Shown here one piece after another: positions 8,727-17,317 of a stretch of 56,924 nucleotides of DNA; position 1 is the stretch's first letter, and every line of letters begins with the position of its first letter. Origin of the DNA: a virus (lineage: Duplodnaviria; Caudoviricetes); IMG/VR virus record IMGVR_UViG_3300032895_000004, positions 1 to 56,924 of that record; one strand, written 5' to 3'. The position numbers and the translations under genes are program-made. Under the pieces are notes generated by a model. That model was not told the DNA's origin, did not search any database, and was given only the letters and a program-made list of their open reading frames with translations.

Positions 8727-8828
8727 TCATCGTGTTCGTTCGGAATGCGCGGCTACGACCTCCGTCCACCAGCACCACGCGCCGACGAGGACGAAGCTCG
8801 CGAGGCACAGGTCAAGCAGAAGTCTCAT
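8727..8828 (-). CDS. Small membrane protein (33 aa)
   Basis: MRLLLDLCLASFVLVGAWCWW...; GAGGAGG RBS. Confidence 0.55.
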   Translation of the reverse strand: MRLLLDLCLASFVLVGAWCWWTEVVAAHSERTR

Positions 8829-9010
8829 CGTGTCTCACCTCCTCTCACACAATGTCTACAGGGTCTGACACTCGGGGATCAGTCTTTTCTCAGACGTGTC
8901 TAGGATCGTCTCTCCCGTCACCGCCTGACGCGCGAGACGAAGGGGACAGAGACGTCATCCGGACGGCTCACGGGCGATTCTAGAAATGTCTCAGACCGAT
9001 GCTCGTGGAA

Positions 9011-10042
9011 TTACGAAGCCACGACTTCGCGGGCCAACGTCAGAGCACGAGCCTTCGCCGCCTGCGGACGAAGCAACTGACGACCCATGTAGGTCTGCGT
9101 GTTCCGGTAACCCCGAAGGTGATCCAGGTACTCGCCAGCCGCCTGCACGAGCCCGTACGCATTGTCTTTGATCGGCTCGACGGTCGGTGTGCCGAACAGA
9201 CCGAACATCGCCGTGCGAGCCAGCTCGACGTTGCGCACCACGCGTTCACTCACGACGCCTTCAGGCGGCATCGGGATGAACTCATTGACGAACATCTGCC
9301 GATGCTTGGCGGTGACTCTGATCTTGGTCAGTTCGTTACAGATTTCCAACCACCGCGCTGTCTCGTCGCGCACGCCGTGAATCGCCTGCTTGGCCTCCTC
9401 GATCCGATCACGCCAGTTTTTGGTGTGCGCGAACGAATACGCCACGCCCTCTCTCTCCCCGAGAGCTTCGGAGGCTCCGTAGGTGTTGGCACACACCACT
9501 CGAACGTTGGTCGGCAACACCTTGCACCGACCGTGTCCGTCGTGACGATTGAGCACCACGAAGTAGGGATAACTCTGCGACGTGTCACCGCGCACCAGGA
9601 ACGGCTCGTCCAGATAGGCGCACACATAGGTCATGCGACCCTCGTCCAGACACCCGGCTGTATCCCACTGAGCCTTTTGATCGAGCAACGCCTCCACGAT
9701 CCCGCCCATCTCGGAGTTGTCGATCAGCGAATAGGACTCATTGGTGACGGCCAGCGTGACGTTCGTGTCCGATCGAACGATCCGCTTCCACCCCTCGATT
9801 TCCTGAATCTCGGCCGTCGTACGTTGCCGTCTGTCGGCGTCGTCGCCTTTGCCAGATCGAACGGTCTGAACTCTGATCGTCCGATCGTCCACGGCATAGA
9901 CGGGCTTCTCGATCGGGTCCCACGCCAGACCGGCCAACTCGCGCGCCTCGTCCCAACTGCCGGGGTAGTCGGGCACAAGCGTTTCGAGTTGGTGCCAGCT
10001 CGGTGTGCGAACACAAAAGCCGGACTCAAATAGATGACTCAT
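9011..10042 (-). CDS. DUF932 family phage/plasmid protein
   Basis: WH.L, TAGCL.EGR, LNRHDG, TNVRVVCANT, HTKN, NAYGLVQA..EYLDH motifs; AAGGAG RBS. Confidence 0.88.
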   Translation of the reverse strand: MSHLFESGFCVRTPSWHQLETLVPDYPGSWDEARELAGLAWDPIEKPVYAVDDRTIRVQTVRSGKGDDADRRQRTTAEIQEIEGWKRIVRSDTNVTLAVTNESYSLIDNSEMGGIVEALLDQKAQWDTAGCLDEGRMTYVCAYLDEPFLVRGDTSQSYPYFVVLNRHDGHGRCKVLPTNVRVVCANTYGASEALGEREGVAYSFAHTKNWRDRIEEAKQAIHGVRDETARWLEICNELTKIRVTAKHRQMFVNEFIPMPPEGVVSERVVRNVELARTAMFGLFGTPTVEPIKDNAYGLVQAAGEYLDHLRGYRNTQTYMGRQLLRPQAAKARALTLAREVVAS

Positions 10043-10074
10043 TGTTCTCCTTTGTCGGATGGGGCGATCTGCCC

Positions 10075-10145
10075 CGCACTCTCCTGACACCCACGCTGGA
10101 CGCTGCGCAGCCCCGTCAGCCATAGCGAGATGTCAGGAGAGTGCG
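10075..10145. repeat. Perfect 15-bp inverted repeat forming an extended hairpin
   Basis: CGCACTCTCCTGACA ... TGTCAGGAGAGTGCG, with further pairing inside the 41-nt spacer. Confidence 0.85.
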
Positions 10146-10161
10146 CGACGTACCGCGCTGA

Positions 10162-10431
10162 CTAACTCGCCTCCTCCCACTCCGACACCCAGCGCCCAGT
10201 CAGCCACCAGCCGCCGTGCTCGGTCTGTTGCCATCGCCACGGCCCGCGAGCCTCGTCCATCTGGCTGGCCATCTCGCGGGCTAGACGTTTGGCCACGATC
10301 AACGACGATGCGCAGTCCCACAGCTCATCGTCCGCCATGGCCTCGGTGCCGGGCCCGCACAAGTTGACGAGCCACGCTCCGTGGCTCCTAATGATCCACG
10401 CCCAGGTGGTGCGGCCCATGTCGCTACGCAC
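10162..10431 (-). CDS. Trp-rich hypothetical protein
   Basis: ORF coupled to the upstream gene; start uncertain. Confidence 0.5.
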   Translation of the reverse strand: MRSDMGRTTWAWIIRSHGAWLVNLCGPGTEAMADDELWDCASSLIVAKRLAREMASQMDEARGPWRWQQTEHGGWWLTGRWVSEWEEAS

Positions 10432-10612
10432 GGCCAGTCTCCTTCCGTCTGCGAGCCTTTCTCCGATGATCGGCCTCGGCACATTTCCGGGCCGCCTCGG
10501 GGTCAGTGAACTTTGCACCGCACACCGCGCATTTCCACGACGTGCCGCCGACGCCCATGACCCGTTGAGGGTTCGTGTATCGAATGATCGTCCGCGATTT
10601 CATCGCGGGCAC
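10424..10612 (-). CDS. Small zinc-finger-like protein
   Basis: WKCAVCGAKF.....ARKCAEADH. Confidence 0.6.
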   Translation of the reverse strand: MPAMKSRTIIRYTNPQRVMGVGGTSWKCAVCGAKFTDPEAARKCAEADHRRKARRRKETGRA

Positions 10613-10824
10613 AACTCGGTCTCACCGCACGCGGGATCATCGACCTCGTGAACGAGACACAGGTTCAGTTCGCTCCGCAGCACCTCGCGCTCCGAGGCGT
10701 CGGGCACCCAGTAGTGAGCACCGGCGACTTCGACATAACGCTCATCGGTGGCGCATTCAGCACACACCGAGAGGTCGCGGTGGGCACAGACGGCCGAACC
10801 GTCTGGGTTGTATCGAATGTTCAT
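10600..10824 (-). CDS. Small Cys/His hypothetical protein
   Basis: CAHRDLSVCAEC motif; AGGAGG RBS. Confidence 0.65.
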   Translation of the reverse strand: MNIRYNPDGSAVCAHRDLSVCAECATDERYVEVAGAHYWVPDASEREVLRSELNLCLVHEVDDPACGETELCPR

Positions 10825-10850
10825 TTGGTTGCCTCCTTTGAGGTTGAGTG

Positions 10851-10920
10851 GGACTCGGTGTCCCGCCCCGACTCGTTCACACGACAACGTGGGAACGAGT
10901 CGAGACGCGACATCGAGGTC
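10851..10920. repeat. Extended imperfect hairpin
   Basis: CGACTCGTTC/GAACGAGTCG core flanked by CTCGGTGTC/GACATCGAG. Confidence 0.75.
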
Positions 10921-10930
10921 GCCGGATGGT

Positions 10931-11671
10931 TCAGGCAGCCTTGACGGACGAACGACCGTTGCGGCGGGCGGGAGCCTTGACGCTCACGGCCTTCTTGGCA
11001 GCGCCGATCGACTTCTGCACCTTCGCCGCCTTCTCGGCGTCGATCGCGTCGCGGTTCGGCGTCGGAGGTCGCTTACCCTTCCGACCACCAGCGATCCATG
11101 CCTTCTCGGCACGGTTCTCGTTCATGGCTGCGCTGGCTCGCTCCGCCGCCGCCTTCGCGGCAGCCGACTGAGCGTCAGCTTCGGCAGTTCCGCGACGAGC
11201 GCGACTCGTCCCGGTACCACGAGAACGCTTCACTGACTTCGCCGACTCGGCGCGAGTCAGATCGGCAGCCGACAACTTCGGAGCTGGCTTGCCGTCAACG
11301 ACGGCACCGATCCGGTGTCCATTGGGCAGCACGATGTCCCAGGACTTGGCGTGCGGGTCGATGATCCCGTAGTTCGTGGCGAGCAGCGCGGCGAACGCCT
11401 GAACACCGAGACGAGGCGACCCATCGGGGTTCAGCCCACGCGAGAAGTGTCCGGCCATGCGGCTGAGTGAGTACGCCATCGGCGATTCGATGGGCTTGCC
11501 GTCGGCGGTCCACACGATGTTTTTGGGCTGGCGCGGCGTGCGCGTCGTCTTGGTTCGTGTGGTCGGCTTCTTCGCCGGAGCCTTCTTGGCTGCCGACACT
11601 GACTTGGTCGCTCGCTTCACGGGCGTCGCCTTGGCGGCGGTCTTGCGGGTGGTGCTCTTGGTGAGTGTCAC
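10931..11671 (-). CDS. Highly basic histone-H1-like/nucleoid-type protein
   Basis: K/A/T/R-rich N- and C-terminal tails (AAKKAPAKK) around a ~75-aa globular core. Confidence 0.7.
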   Translation of the reverse strand: MTLTKSTTRKTAAKATPVKRATKSVSAAKKAPAKKPTTRTKTTRTPRQPKNIVWTADGKPIESPMAYSLSRMAGHFSRGLNPDGSPRLGVQAFAALLATNYGIIDPHAKSWDIVLPNGHRIGAVVDGKPAPKLSAADLTRAESAKSVKRSRGTGTSRARRGTAEADAQSAAAKAAAERASAAMNENRAEKAWIAGGRKGKRPPTPNRDAIDAEKAAKVQKSIGAAKKAVSVKAPARRNGRSSVKAA

Positions 11672-11828
11672 TTCGATTCCCTTTCGTTTTGTTGACTCGA
11701 TCTGAGTCGATCACCAGACTACCCGACTCCCGAGTCTGAGGTCGAGTCGATCCCGAGAGGGACATCGACGTCAGCGACAATTCCGAAACAATCTTCGGCG
11801 GGTCGACTCGGCGCTACTGTCCCGGGAC
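11672..11828. promoter_or_regulatory. Divergent intergenic region with clustered GACTC/GAGTC motifs
   Basis: GASTC at 11694, 11704, 11725, 11732, 11744 and 11805, forming two inverted pairs. Confidence 0.55.
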
Positions 11829-12206
11829 GTGATCCCGGCGATCAGTGTTCGCCAGCCCTGGGCCGGTCTGATCGTCTCGGGCGTCAAGGACGTCGAGAAC
11901 CGGACGTGGCGTACCTCTCATCGCGGCCGTGTGCTCGTCCACGCCTCCGCACGCCCCGATGTAGTCGCGCAGGGCTCTCACGGCTCAGACGGCATTCTGG
12001 GGGCCAACGGAGCCATTCTGGGGGCGGTCACGCTGGTCGACTGTCTGTTCGATCAGAGCGTCAGTCGTTGGGCCGAGCCAGGGCTATGGCACTGGCTCCT
12101 GATCGACCCCGAGTTGTTCGCGGAGCCGATCCCGGCGTCGGGTCGTCTCGGTATCTGGCACCCGTCGAGAACGACGTGTCGCCAGTTACGCCGCGTCTTG
12201 CAGTAG
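11829..12206 (+). CDS. ASCH domain protein
   Basis: AISVRQPWAGLIVSGVKDVENRTW..HRG.VLVHAS...GRLGIW. Confidence 0.92.
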   Translation: MIPAISVRQPWAGLIVSGVKDVENRTWRTSHRGRVLVHASARPDVVAQGSHGSDGILGANGAILGAVTLVDCLFDQSVSRWAEPGLWHWLLIDPELFAEPIPASGRLGIWHPSRTTCRQLRRVLQ

Positions 12207-13334
12207 TCGTCTCGCCTCAGCGAGAGCCATCGTCTCGCCGGCCCACGCGAACGTCGCCGAGGGTCGAGCTCCCTGTTTCCACCACCCGCCCAGCGTTGTG
12301 TTGCGATTGGTCGGTCTGGCGACGCGACCGCTCGAGGTCGGCAAGCCAGGGCGATGCACCAAGGCCCACTCCGGAGACCGATCGAACGCCCGAATGAATG
12401 AGGGGTGCGCAGGATGAATGTGCATCCGGTAACCGACCGCCTTATAGCTAGCTGCCACACGGTTCATCAACACGAACACCAGACCGAGACCTTGCCAGTC
12501 CGGCAACGTGACGACGCGAGAGAACACCTTTATGTCACGGCTGCGAGCGTGCGGCTGGTGTAGAACGCCGCAGAAGGCGGCGGGCTCGTCGTTCGCGAAC
12601 AACACGAAGCACCGCGCGCCGCGGTTCAGCTCCTTGGTCAGATAGTGAAACGGAGCGAACAGGCTCCAGGCGGAATAGGGCACACGGCCGACCGTGACCT
12701 CGATGGGCGGTCGGGGTTGAAGATGCCTCCACTCGAACGACATGGTGGCCGGCTCCAACACCCAATCCGGTTGTAACCAGTCGATGATGTCGAAGTGACA
12801 CGACGCCGCCACGAAGCGCCGATCGTTGCGCCGGACCCACTTCTGCACGGCGTGCGCGCCGATCTTGGCAACCTGGCGATCGACAACGGACGTGAACTCG
12901 TCCACGGTGATGATCTGATCGCTCGGTGTTTCGAGCAGACGGCGCGCCAATTCGACGCGGAACTTCTCCCCCGTCGAAAGCACACCGTAGGGTCGCATCC
13001 AGGCGGGGATCGTGTTGAACCCGACCGCCTGACAGATGCCCGAAATCTCCTCCATGCTCAGATGCTTGGCGAAGTCGTCCAGGACGTTGGGTTCCTTCCA
13101 CCGCAGAGGCTTGTCGAACACGCCGCCACCGAACGCGTCCTTGAGAATCGTGCTCTTTCCCGCGCCAGACGGGCCCACGATGAGACCGACGTTCCAGTCG
13201 CGCTCCTCGATCGGCAGTTCGCCGTCCCACGATCGTTCGGTCGTCTCTGCTCGCGGGACGTCGAACATCGTCTCCAGTTGACGGGCGCGCACCGAACGAG
13301 AAACGGGCGACGAAACTTCCACGTGAACTCTCAC
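12186..13334 (-). CDS. ABC-type ATPase fused to a GNAT (Mom-like) acetyltransferase
   Basis: Walker A GPSGAGKST, signature LSTGEK, Walker B VDEFTS, H-loop SCHFD; C-terminal SRVVTLPDWQGLGL acetyl-CoA-binding motif. Confidence 0.9.
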   Translation of the reverse strand: MRVHVEVSSPVSRSVRARQLETMFDVPRAETTERSWDGELPIEERDWNVGLIVGPSGAGKSTILKDAFGGGVFDKPLRWKEPNVLDDFAKHLSMEEISGICQAVGFNTIPAWMRPYGVLSTGEKFRVELARRLLETPSDQIITVDEFTSVVDRQVAKIGAHAVQKWVRRNDRRFVAASCHFDIIDWLQPDWVLEPATMSFEWRHLQPRPPIEVTVGRVPYSAWSLFAPFHYLTKELNRGARCFVLFANDEPAAFCGVLHQPHARSRDIKVFSRVVTLPDWQGLGLVFVLMNRVAASYKAVGYRMHIHPAHPSFIRAFDRSPEWALVHRPGLPTSSGRVARPTNRNTTLGGWWKQGARPSATFAWAGETMALAEARRLLQDAA

Positions 13335-13717
13335 GCTGTCGCCGCCTCCAACTGCGGCAAGGCGGACCCGGCGTACAGCTCGAACAAGGTTCGCCCGTCG
13401 TCAGCAAGCATGTAGGGCAACATGACTTCCTCGACGCTGACCATCTCGGTCCGAATGATCGCCGCCTGAGCCGACCCAGTCCTTCAACACACACCACGCC
13501 ACTCTCGTGGCCTGATCCATGTCGGGCGTTCGTCGGCCCGGCTGTCGACCGGCACGTTGCAGCACGGCGTACACGTTGAGCGGGTGCACGGGCAATCGAA
13601 AGCGCCGCGGCCCGGTCACGGTGGGACAGACGAAGGACACACCGAAAGGGACGCCGCCCGTGTAGAGCGTGGTGACCTCCTCGGCTCCGTCGTGTAGTTG
13701 AGCAAGGGGCTGGCCAT
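13331..13717 (-). pseudogene. Conserved phage protein disrupted by a deletion/frameshift and a second frameshift
   Basis: Three frames give MASPLLNYTT / GAEEVTTLY..GVSFVC..FRLPV..QATRVAWCVLKDWV / AQAAIIRTEMV..EVMLPYM..GRTLFE. Confidence 0.75.
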
Positions 13718-14334
13718 CAGACGATGAGACCCGACACGTCGAGTCCTTCGGCCTCGAACCGCGCCAGCAACTCGGCCTGATGCGCCTCGTCGGTGCACAA
13801 GATCACCACTCGATACTCCAACAGATCACCGAGTTGGGAAGACGTGTCCAGATTCTTGACGGGCGGGCTCACTTTCGTTGCCAACGCCAACACTCCCGCC
13901 GAGTCGAACCCGGAGCCGAGCAGACGAGGACCGATCTTCTGTTCGTGACGTTGGAGAATCGTGAGCAGCTCCCCGTTATCCCAGCCGCCGAGAATCGTGT
14001 GCTGATTGTCGGCGACCACGTACGCCTCGGCCTCGTCGTCGTCTCGCGTCTCCACGCCGCGAATGACGGGCACCTGCCAATCGACAACGCCCATCGGCGG
14101 ATCGCCGCCCTGTTCGCGCATCGCTGCCAGTGCAGCCACCCGACCGTGACCCGTGAGCATCCGTCCGGTTCGTTCGTCAATGATCGGCGGACTGGTGAAC
14201 CCGAATCGTCGCATGGAGTCGATCAGTTCGGGAATGTCGTGCCGTTTCGGGTTGCGAACGGCGGGCATCTTCGCCACCTCATCGAGCGGCCGACGTTCGA
14301 TCCAGTGACTCTCTCGTTCGATCGTCTCAGCCAT
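13717..14334 (-). CDS. ParB/Srx N-terminal-domain protein
   Basis: NPKRHD..L..SMRRFGF..P...DE....L.GHGR..A...AYVVADN...LGGWD; C-terminal YRVVILCTDEAHQAELL. Confidence 0.88.
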   Translation of the reverse strand: MAETIERESHWIERRPLDEVAKMPAVRNPKRHDIPELIDSMRRFGFTSPPIIDERTGRMLTGHGRVAALAAMREQGGDPPMGVVDWQVPVIRGVETRDDDEAEAYVVADNQHTILGGWDNGELLTILQRHEQKIGPRLLGSGFDSAGVLALATKVSPPVKNLDTSSQLGDLLEYRVVILCTDEAHQAELLARFEAEGLDVSGLIV

Positions 14335-14554
14335 CGCCGACCGCCTCTCGGACCACCTTCGGGTTCACGCCGTAACTCAAGGCGATGGCTCGAACACTCG
14401 CACCGGCATCGCGCAATCGCGAGAAGGCACGAGCTCGCCGCGCGTACGCCTTGGCGAGCTGCGCCTTGCACTTCTCGACGTCGGCGATCGCCTCATCCGC
14501 CTCACGCCAGTCGCCGGGCGGCGCATCGCCGAGTTGCGGGACGGGAGCGGCCAT
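14327..14554 (-). CDS. Small HTH DNA-binding protein
   Basis: LRDAGASVRAIALSYGVNPKVVR. Confidence 0.7.
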   Translation of the reverse strand: MAAPVPQLGDAPPGDWREADEAIADVEKCKAQLAKAYARRARAFSRLRDAGASVRAIALSYGVNPKVVREAVGDG

Positions 14555-15072
14555 CAGTCCTCGATGCCGACCCCGGGCAACGGGTCCTGGCCCTTTGCAG
14601 CCGCCTCGGCCTCAGCGATCAGCGCGTTGACGCGGTTGGCTTCGTCTTGCAACGCCTGCCACGTCGAGTCGGGCGACAGGAAGGCTTCGGTCACCCGGAA
14701 GTGATGCTCACGCTCAGCTGCATCCTCGGCACCGACCACCGCCTTGTGGTTGATCCCGTTCACGAACCCGCGCAACACGATCACCACCGGCTCCGCGTGT
14801 TCGAGCTTGCGCTGCGTGGCTCGGAAGAAGGAGCGCAGCGACTTGGTCACGTTGTCCGCTCCGTTGCACCCGGACTGGATGACCTCTTCGCCCTCAAACT
14901 CGCCGAGACGGCGCCGCGGTTGAGTCGCCCGTGGCATCGCGCGTTCGGCGATGGCCTTCTTCGCTGGCGAACTGGCTTTCTTCGCCGGGGTCTTGCCGCC
15001 TGCGATGGCCTTCAGGCCGGTCGTGCCGACGCCTTGTGACTTCGCGCTGCGGGATTGGGTCGTGCTTGGCAT
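14554..15072 (-). CDS. Hypothetical protein with a basic AKK-rich N-terminus
   Basis: Start MPSTTQ after the 18-bp motif/RBS. Confidence 0.7.
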   Translation of the reverse strand: MPSTTQSRSAKSQGVGTTGLKAIAGGKTPAKKASSPAKKAIAERAMPRATQPRRRLGEFEGEEVIQSGCNGADNVTKSLRSFFRATQRKLEHAEPVVIVLRGFVNGINHKAVVGAEDAAEREHHFRVTEAFLSPDSTWQALQDEANRVNALIAEAEAAAKGQDPLPGVGIED

Positions 15073-15079
15073 GGTGGGG

Positions 15080-15097
15080 TCTCTCCCTTGTGAGTTG
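15080..15097 (-). promoter_or_regulatory. 18-bp start-associated motif, copy 2
   Basis: Identical to 8638..8655. Confidence 0.7.
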
Positions 15098-15101
15098 ACT
15101 A

Positions 15102-15515
15102 CTACAGGGACTGTAGCGGGAGGGTGTTCGACTCGGGCGGATGGGCACGAGCCTGGTAGGCGCGGTCGATCAGGTCGAACCCCTTGCCGGTCTTGATCAT
15201 GCTGGTCGGTACTCGGATCACCGCCCACCCGAGGATCGCTGCCTCGCCGTACTTCTCGGCGTCGTTCTCCAGCCCCTTGCCGGTCGAGTGGCGTCCCACG
15301 ATGATCGCCTTCGGCTTGCCGGTCTTGGGATCAGTGGTGATCACCGGACGCGAGAAGGTGCCGCCTTCGACCTCGATCGCCAGCTTCAGTTCGGGGTAGG
15401 CGAAGTCGAACCGCCAGCGGCGATGCGGGTGGAACTTGAACTCTCGCTCAAGTCCGAAGGGGTGGTAGGCGACGAGCCAGTCGTGCACTTCTTGCTCCCA
15501 ATCGCGTGTGGTCAT
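15102..15515 (-). CDS. PD-(D/E)XK endonuclease (DUF559/Vsr-like)
   Basis: EFKFHPHRRWRFDFAYP..KLAIEVEGG...GRH...D.EKY..A..LGW.V.R. Confidence 0.85.
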   Translation of the reverse strand: MTTRDWEQEVHDWLVAYHPFGLEREFKFHPHRRWRFDFAYPELKLAIEVEGGTFSRPVITTDPKTGKPKAIIVGRHSTGKGLENDAEKYGEAAILGWAVIRVPTSMIKTGKGFDLIDRAYQARAHPPESNTLPLQSL

Positions 15516-15700
15516 CGGTGCGCCCGCTGGGCTCGGAGGGTGGCCTTGCGTCCACGCCCGGTCAGGAACCGACCGAGACCGTCGAACGAACGCGCGAACA
15601 GCTCGCCCAGTGGCGTGCCGGGACGCGCTTCTGGCTCGTCCTCGACGGGTTCGGGCTGGCGTCGCCGGTCGTGCCACCATCTCGCCGGGTTGAACTTCAC
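15512..15700 (-). CDS. Small hypothetical protein
   Basis: GTGA/ATGA coupled on both sides. Confidence 0.5.
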   Translation of the reverse strand: MKFNPARWWHDRRRQPEPVEDEPEARPGTPLGELFARSFDGLGRFLTGRGRKATLRAQRAHR

Positions 15701-16065
15701 CGGATCACCAGTCCCATCGTCGTTGCCTCCTTCGGGTGATCTTCCACCCAATCGTTATGCGCCGCGCAAAGCTGCACGAGATTGTCGAGCGTGAACAGAC
15801 CACCGGCGCTCGCCTTCTTCAAGTGGTGCGGCGTTGGCGGTCCGAAGCAGATCAGATCGGCCAGCGTGAGCGCTGGCCTCGTGGCCTCCTCACAAGCCGC
15901 TCGGAAGGACAGAAACCGGCAGCCTTGGTCACGCTCGAACACCGCGGCCACCACGGCGTCATGCTCTGGCCGCGCGTCACGTCGCTTCTTTGACACGGGG
16001 TTGATCCGCTTGCGGCGAGCCAAGTGCTTCGTCCCGGCCTTGAGGCGCGTGCGTTTCATCGCCAT
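15697..16065 (-). CDS. HNH endonuclease
   Basis: VFERDQGC...HHLKKASAGG....DNLVQLCAAHNDWVEDHP. Confidence 0.85.
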   Translation of the reverse strand: MAMKRTRLKAGTKHLARRKRINPVSKKRRDARPEHDAVVAAVFERDQGCRFLSFRAACEEATRPALTLADLICFGPPTPHHLKKASAGGLFTLDNLVQLCAAHNDWVEDHPKEATTMGLVIR

Positions 16066-16286
16066 TCGTCAGGGACGGGCATCTCGCACGACCCGTCCTC
16101 GCCTTCGATAGGGAGGGCCATCGCCAGCGGCAACTCGGCCAGGAGCGCGCGCGCCGTGTCTTCGCGCATCTGGATCACCAGTCGAACGCCTCCCATCGTC
16201 TCGATGAACAGCAGCGAGTCGACGTGGCCGCAGCAGTCGCAGACCATGGCGCGCGGGATGATCTTCTTGACGCCGACAACCCTCAT
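16056..16286 (-). CDS. Hypothetical protein
   Basis: MRVVGVKK..CDCCG; ATGA overlap. Confidence 0.55.
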   Translation of the reverse strand: MRVVGVKKIIPRAMVCDCCGHVDSLLFIETMGGVRLVIQMREDTARALLAELPLAMALPIEGEDGSCEMPVPDEWR

Positions 16287-16492
16287 CGCACCACCGCTCG
16301 CACGAGGTCGAACACGCCATAGGCGGCCAGAGCCAACACCCCGCCGACCATGATCCCGAGCAGCCCGAGCGCACCCGCCGAGGCGAGCCACCGCGCAGCG
16401 GCTCCGACCCCGGGCATGACGTCGGGTTGCTGATCGGCGGGCAGCTCGTCGCCCTGCGCCATCCGTTCGATTCGACTCCGTCGGTCAGACAT
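16283..16492 (-). CDS. Small membrane protein
   Basis: C-terminal hydrophobic helix. Confidence 0.6.
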   Translation of the reverse strand: MSDRRSRIERMAQGDELPADQQPDVMPGVGAAARWLASAGALGLLGIMVGGVLALAAYGVFDLVRAVVR

Positions 16493-16781
16493 CCGCCTTC
16501 CTCCGATCCTTTCGCGGCCGCTGGTTGGGCCCGCGCTTACGAGCGGCCACCCGCTCGGGACTCTTGCACGTCGCGAAATGCATTCGATGAAGCGGCGTCC
16601 CGACGTCGCCAGCCTCGCCCTTGCGGAGCACGCGGACCGTGGGGGTGGGCACGTCGTAGTCGAGAACTTCCACGTTGCCGCCGTAGGGGACGGGCTCGGG
16701 ATCAACGGGGCACTTGGACCCGCGAAGCGTGACGCACCACATGACGTCGAGCCCGCAGAACTTGCAGGGCGACAGTCTCAT
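16485..16781 (-). CDS. Zn-binding hypothetical phage protein
   Basis: CKFCG..VMW...G...PVD.EP...GN...HFATC. Confidence 0.8.
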   Translation of the reverse strand: MRLSPCKFCGLDVMWCVTLRGSKCPVDPEPVPYGGNVEVLDYDVPTPTVRVLRKGEAGDVGTPLHRMHFATCKSPERVAARKRGPNQRPRKDRRKADV

Positions 16782-17317
16782 CGCCGTCGCCGATCACGGG
16801 GGAACTTCGGACACGCGTCGTTGCACACTTCCTCGTCGTACACGTGCCCGGTCTGATAACAGCCGTTTCGCCACGCCTCCCACTTCTTCGGCCGGCAGGT
16901 GGAGCAGGGGCGTGCCGAGACGTTGTTCCGGATGATCGTCTCCCAGTCGAGGGACCCATCCTCGGTGCGGAGGTCATAGGTCCACCCGGGTGGATCGTCG
17001 TTGCACTCCAAGCAGGGGCCTCGGTGCGCGGGGAGCGCGGCCTGAGCACGGCGCACCTTGGCAACCTCATCGCCGAACTGCGAGATGGTCGGCCACTTGT
17101 CATGGTCGGCGCACCACGCGCCCGCCGCTTCAAGCAGAGTCGCCAGGGGCACGTCGCTGAAGCGCAGCCCGATCAGCTCCTCGATGTCATCGAAGTCTGC
17201 ACCGAAGGGGACGTTCAACGGTGCAGCTCGTAGCAACCGCACGACGGCGTGAGCCTTGTCGCGTTCCTCGGGATTGGGAGCGAACAGTTCGGCGTCGAGT
17301 TCGCTGGACGAGCTCAT
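16778..17317 (-). CDS. Replication-associated protein (helicase loader/inhibitor-like) with Zn finger
   Basis: Immediately downstream of the initiator; W....KWPTISQF motif, then CLEC...RPCSTCRP. Confidence 0.55.
   Translation of the reverse strand: MSSSSELDAELFAPNPEERDKAHAVVRLLRAAPLNVPFGADFDDIEELIGLRFSDVPLATLLEAAGAWCADHDKWPTISQFGDEVAKVRRAQAALPAHRGPCLECNDDPPGWTYDLRTEDGSLDWETIIRNNVSARPCSTCRPKKWEAWRNGCYQTGHVYDEEVCNDACPKFPRDRRRR

Noticed and set aside
12186-13334. ABC transporter
   Set aside because: No permease or substrate-binding gene, and the ATPase is fused to an acetyltransferase.
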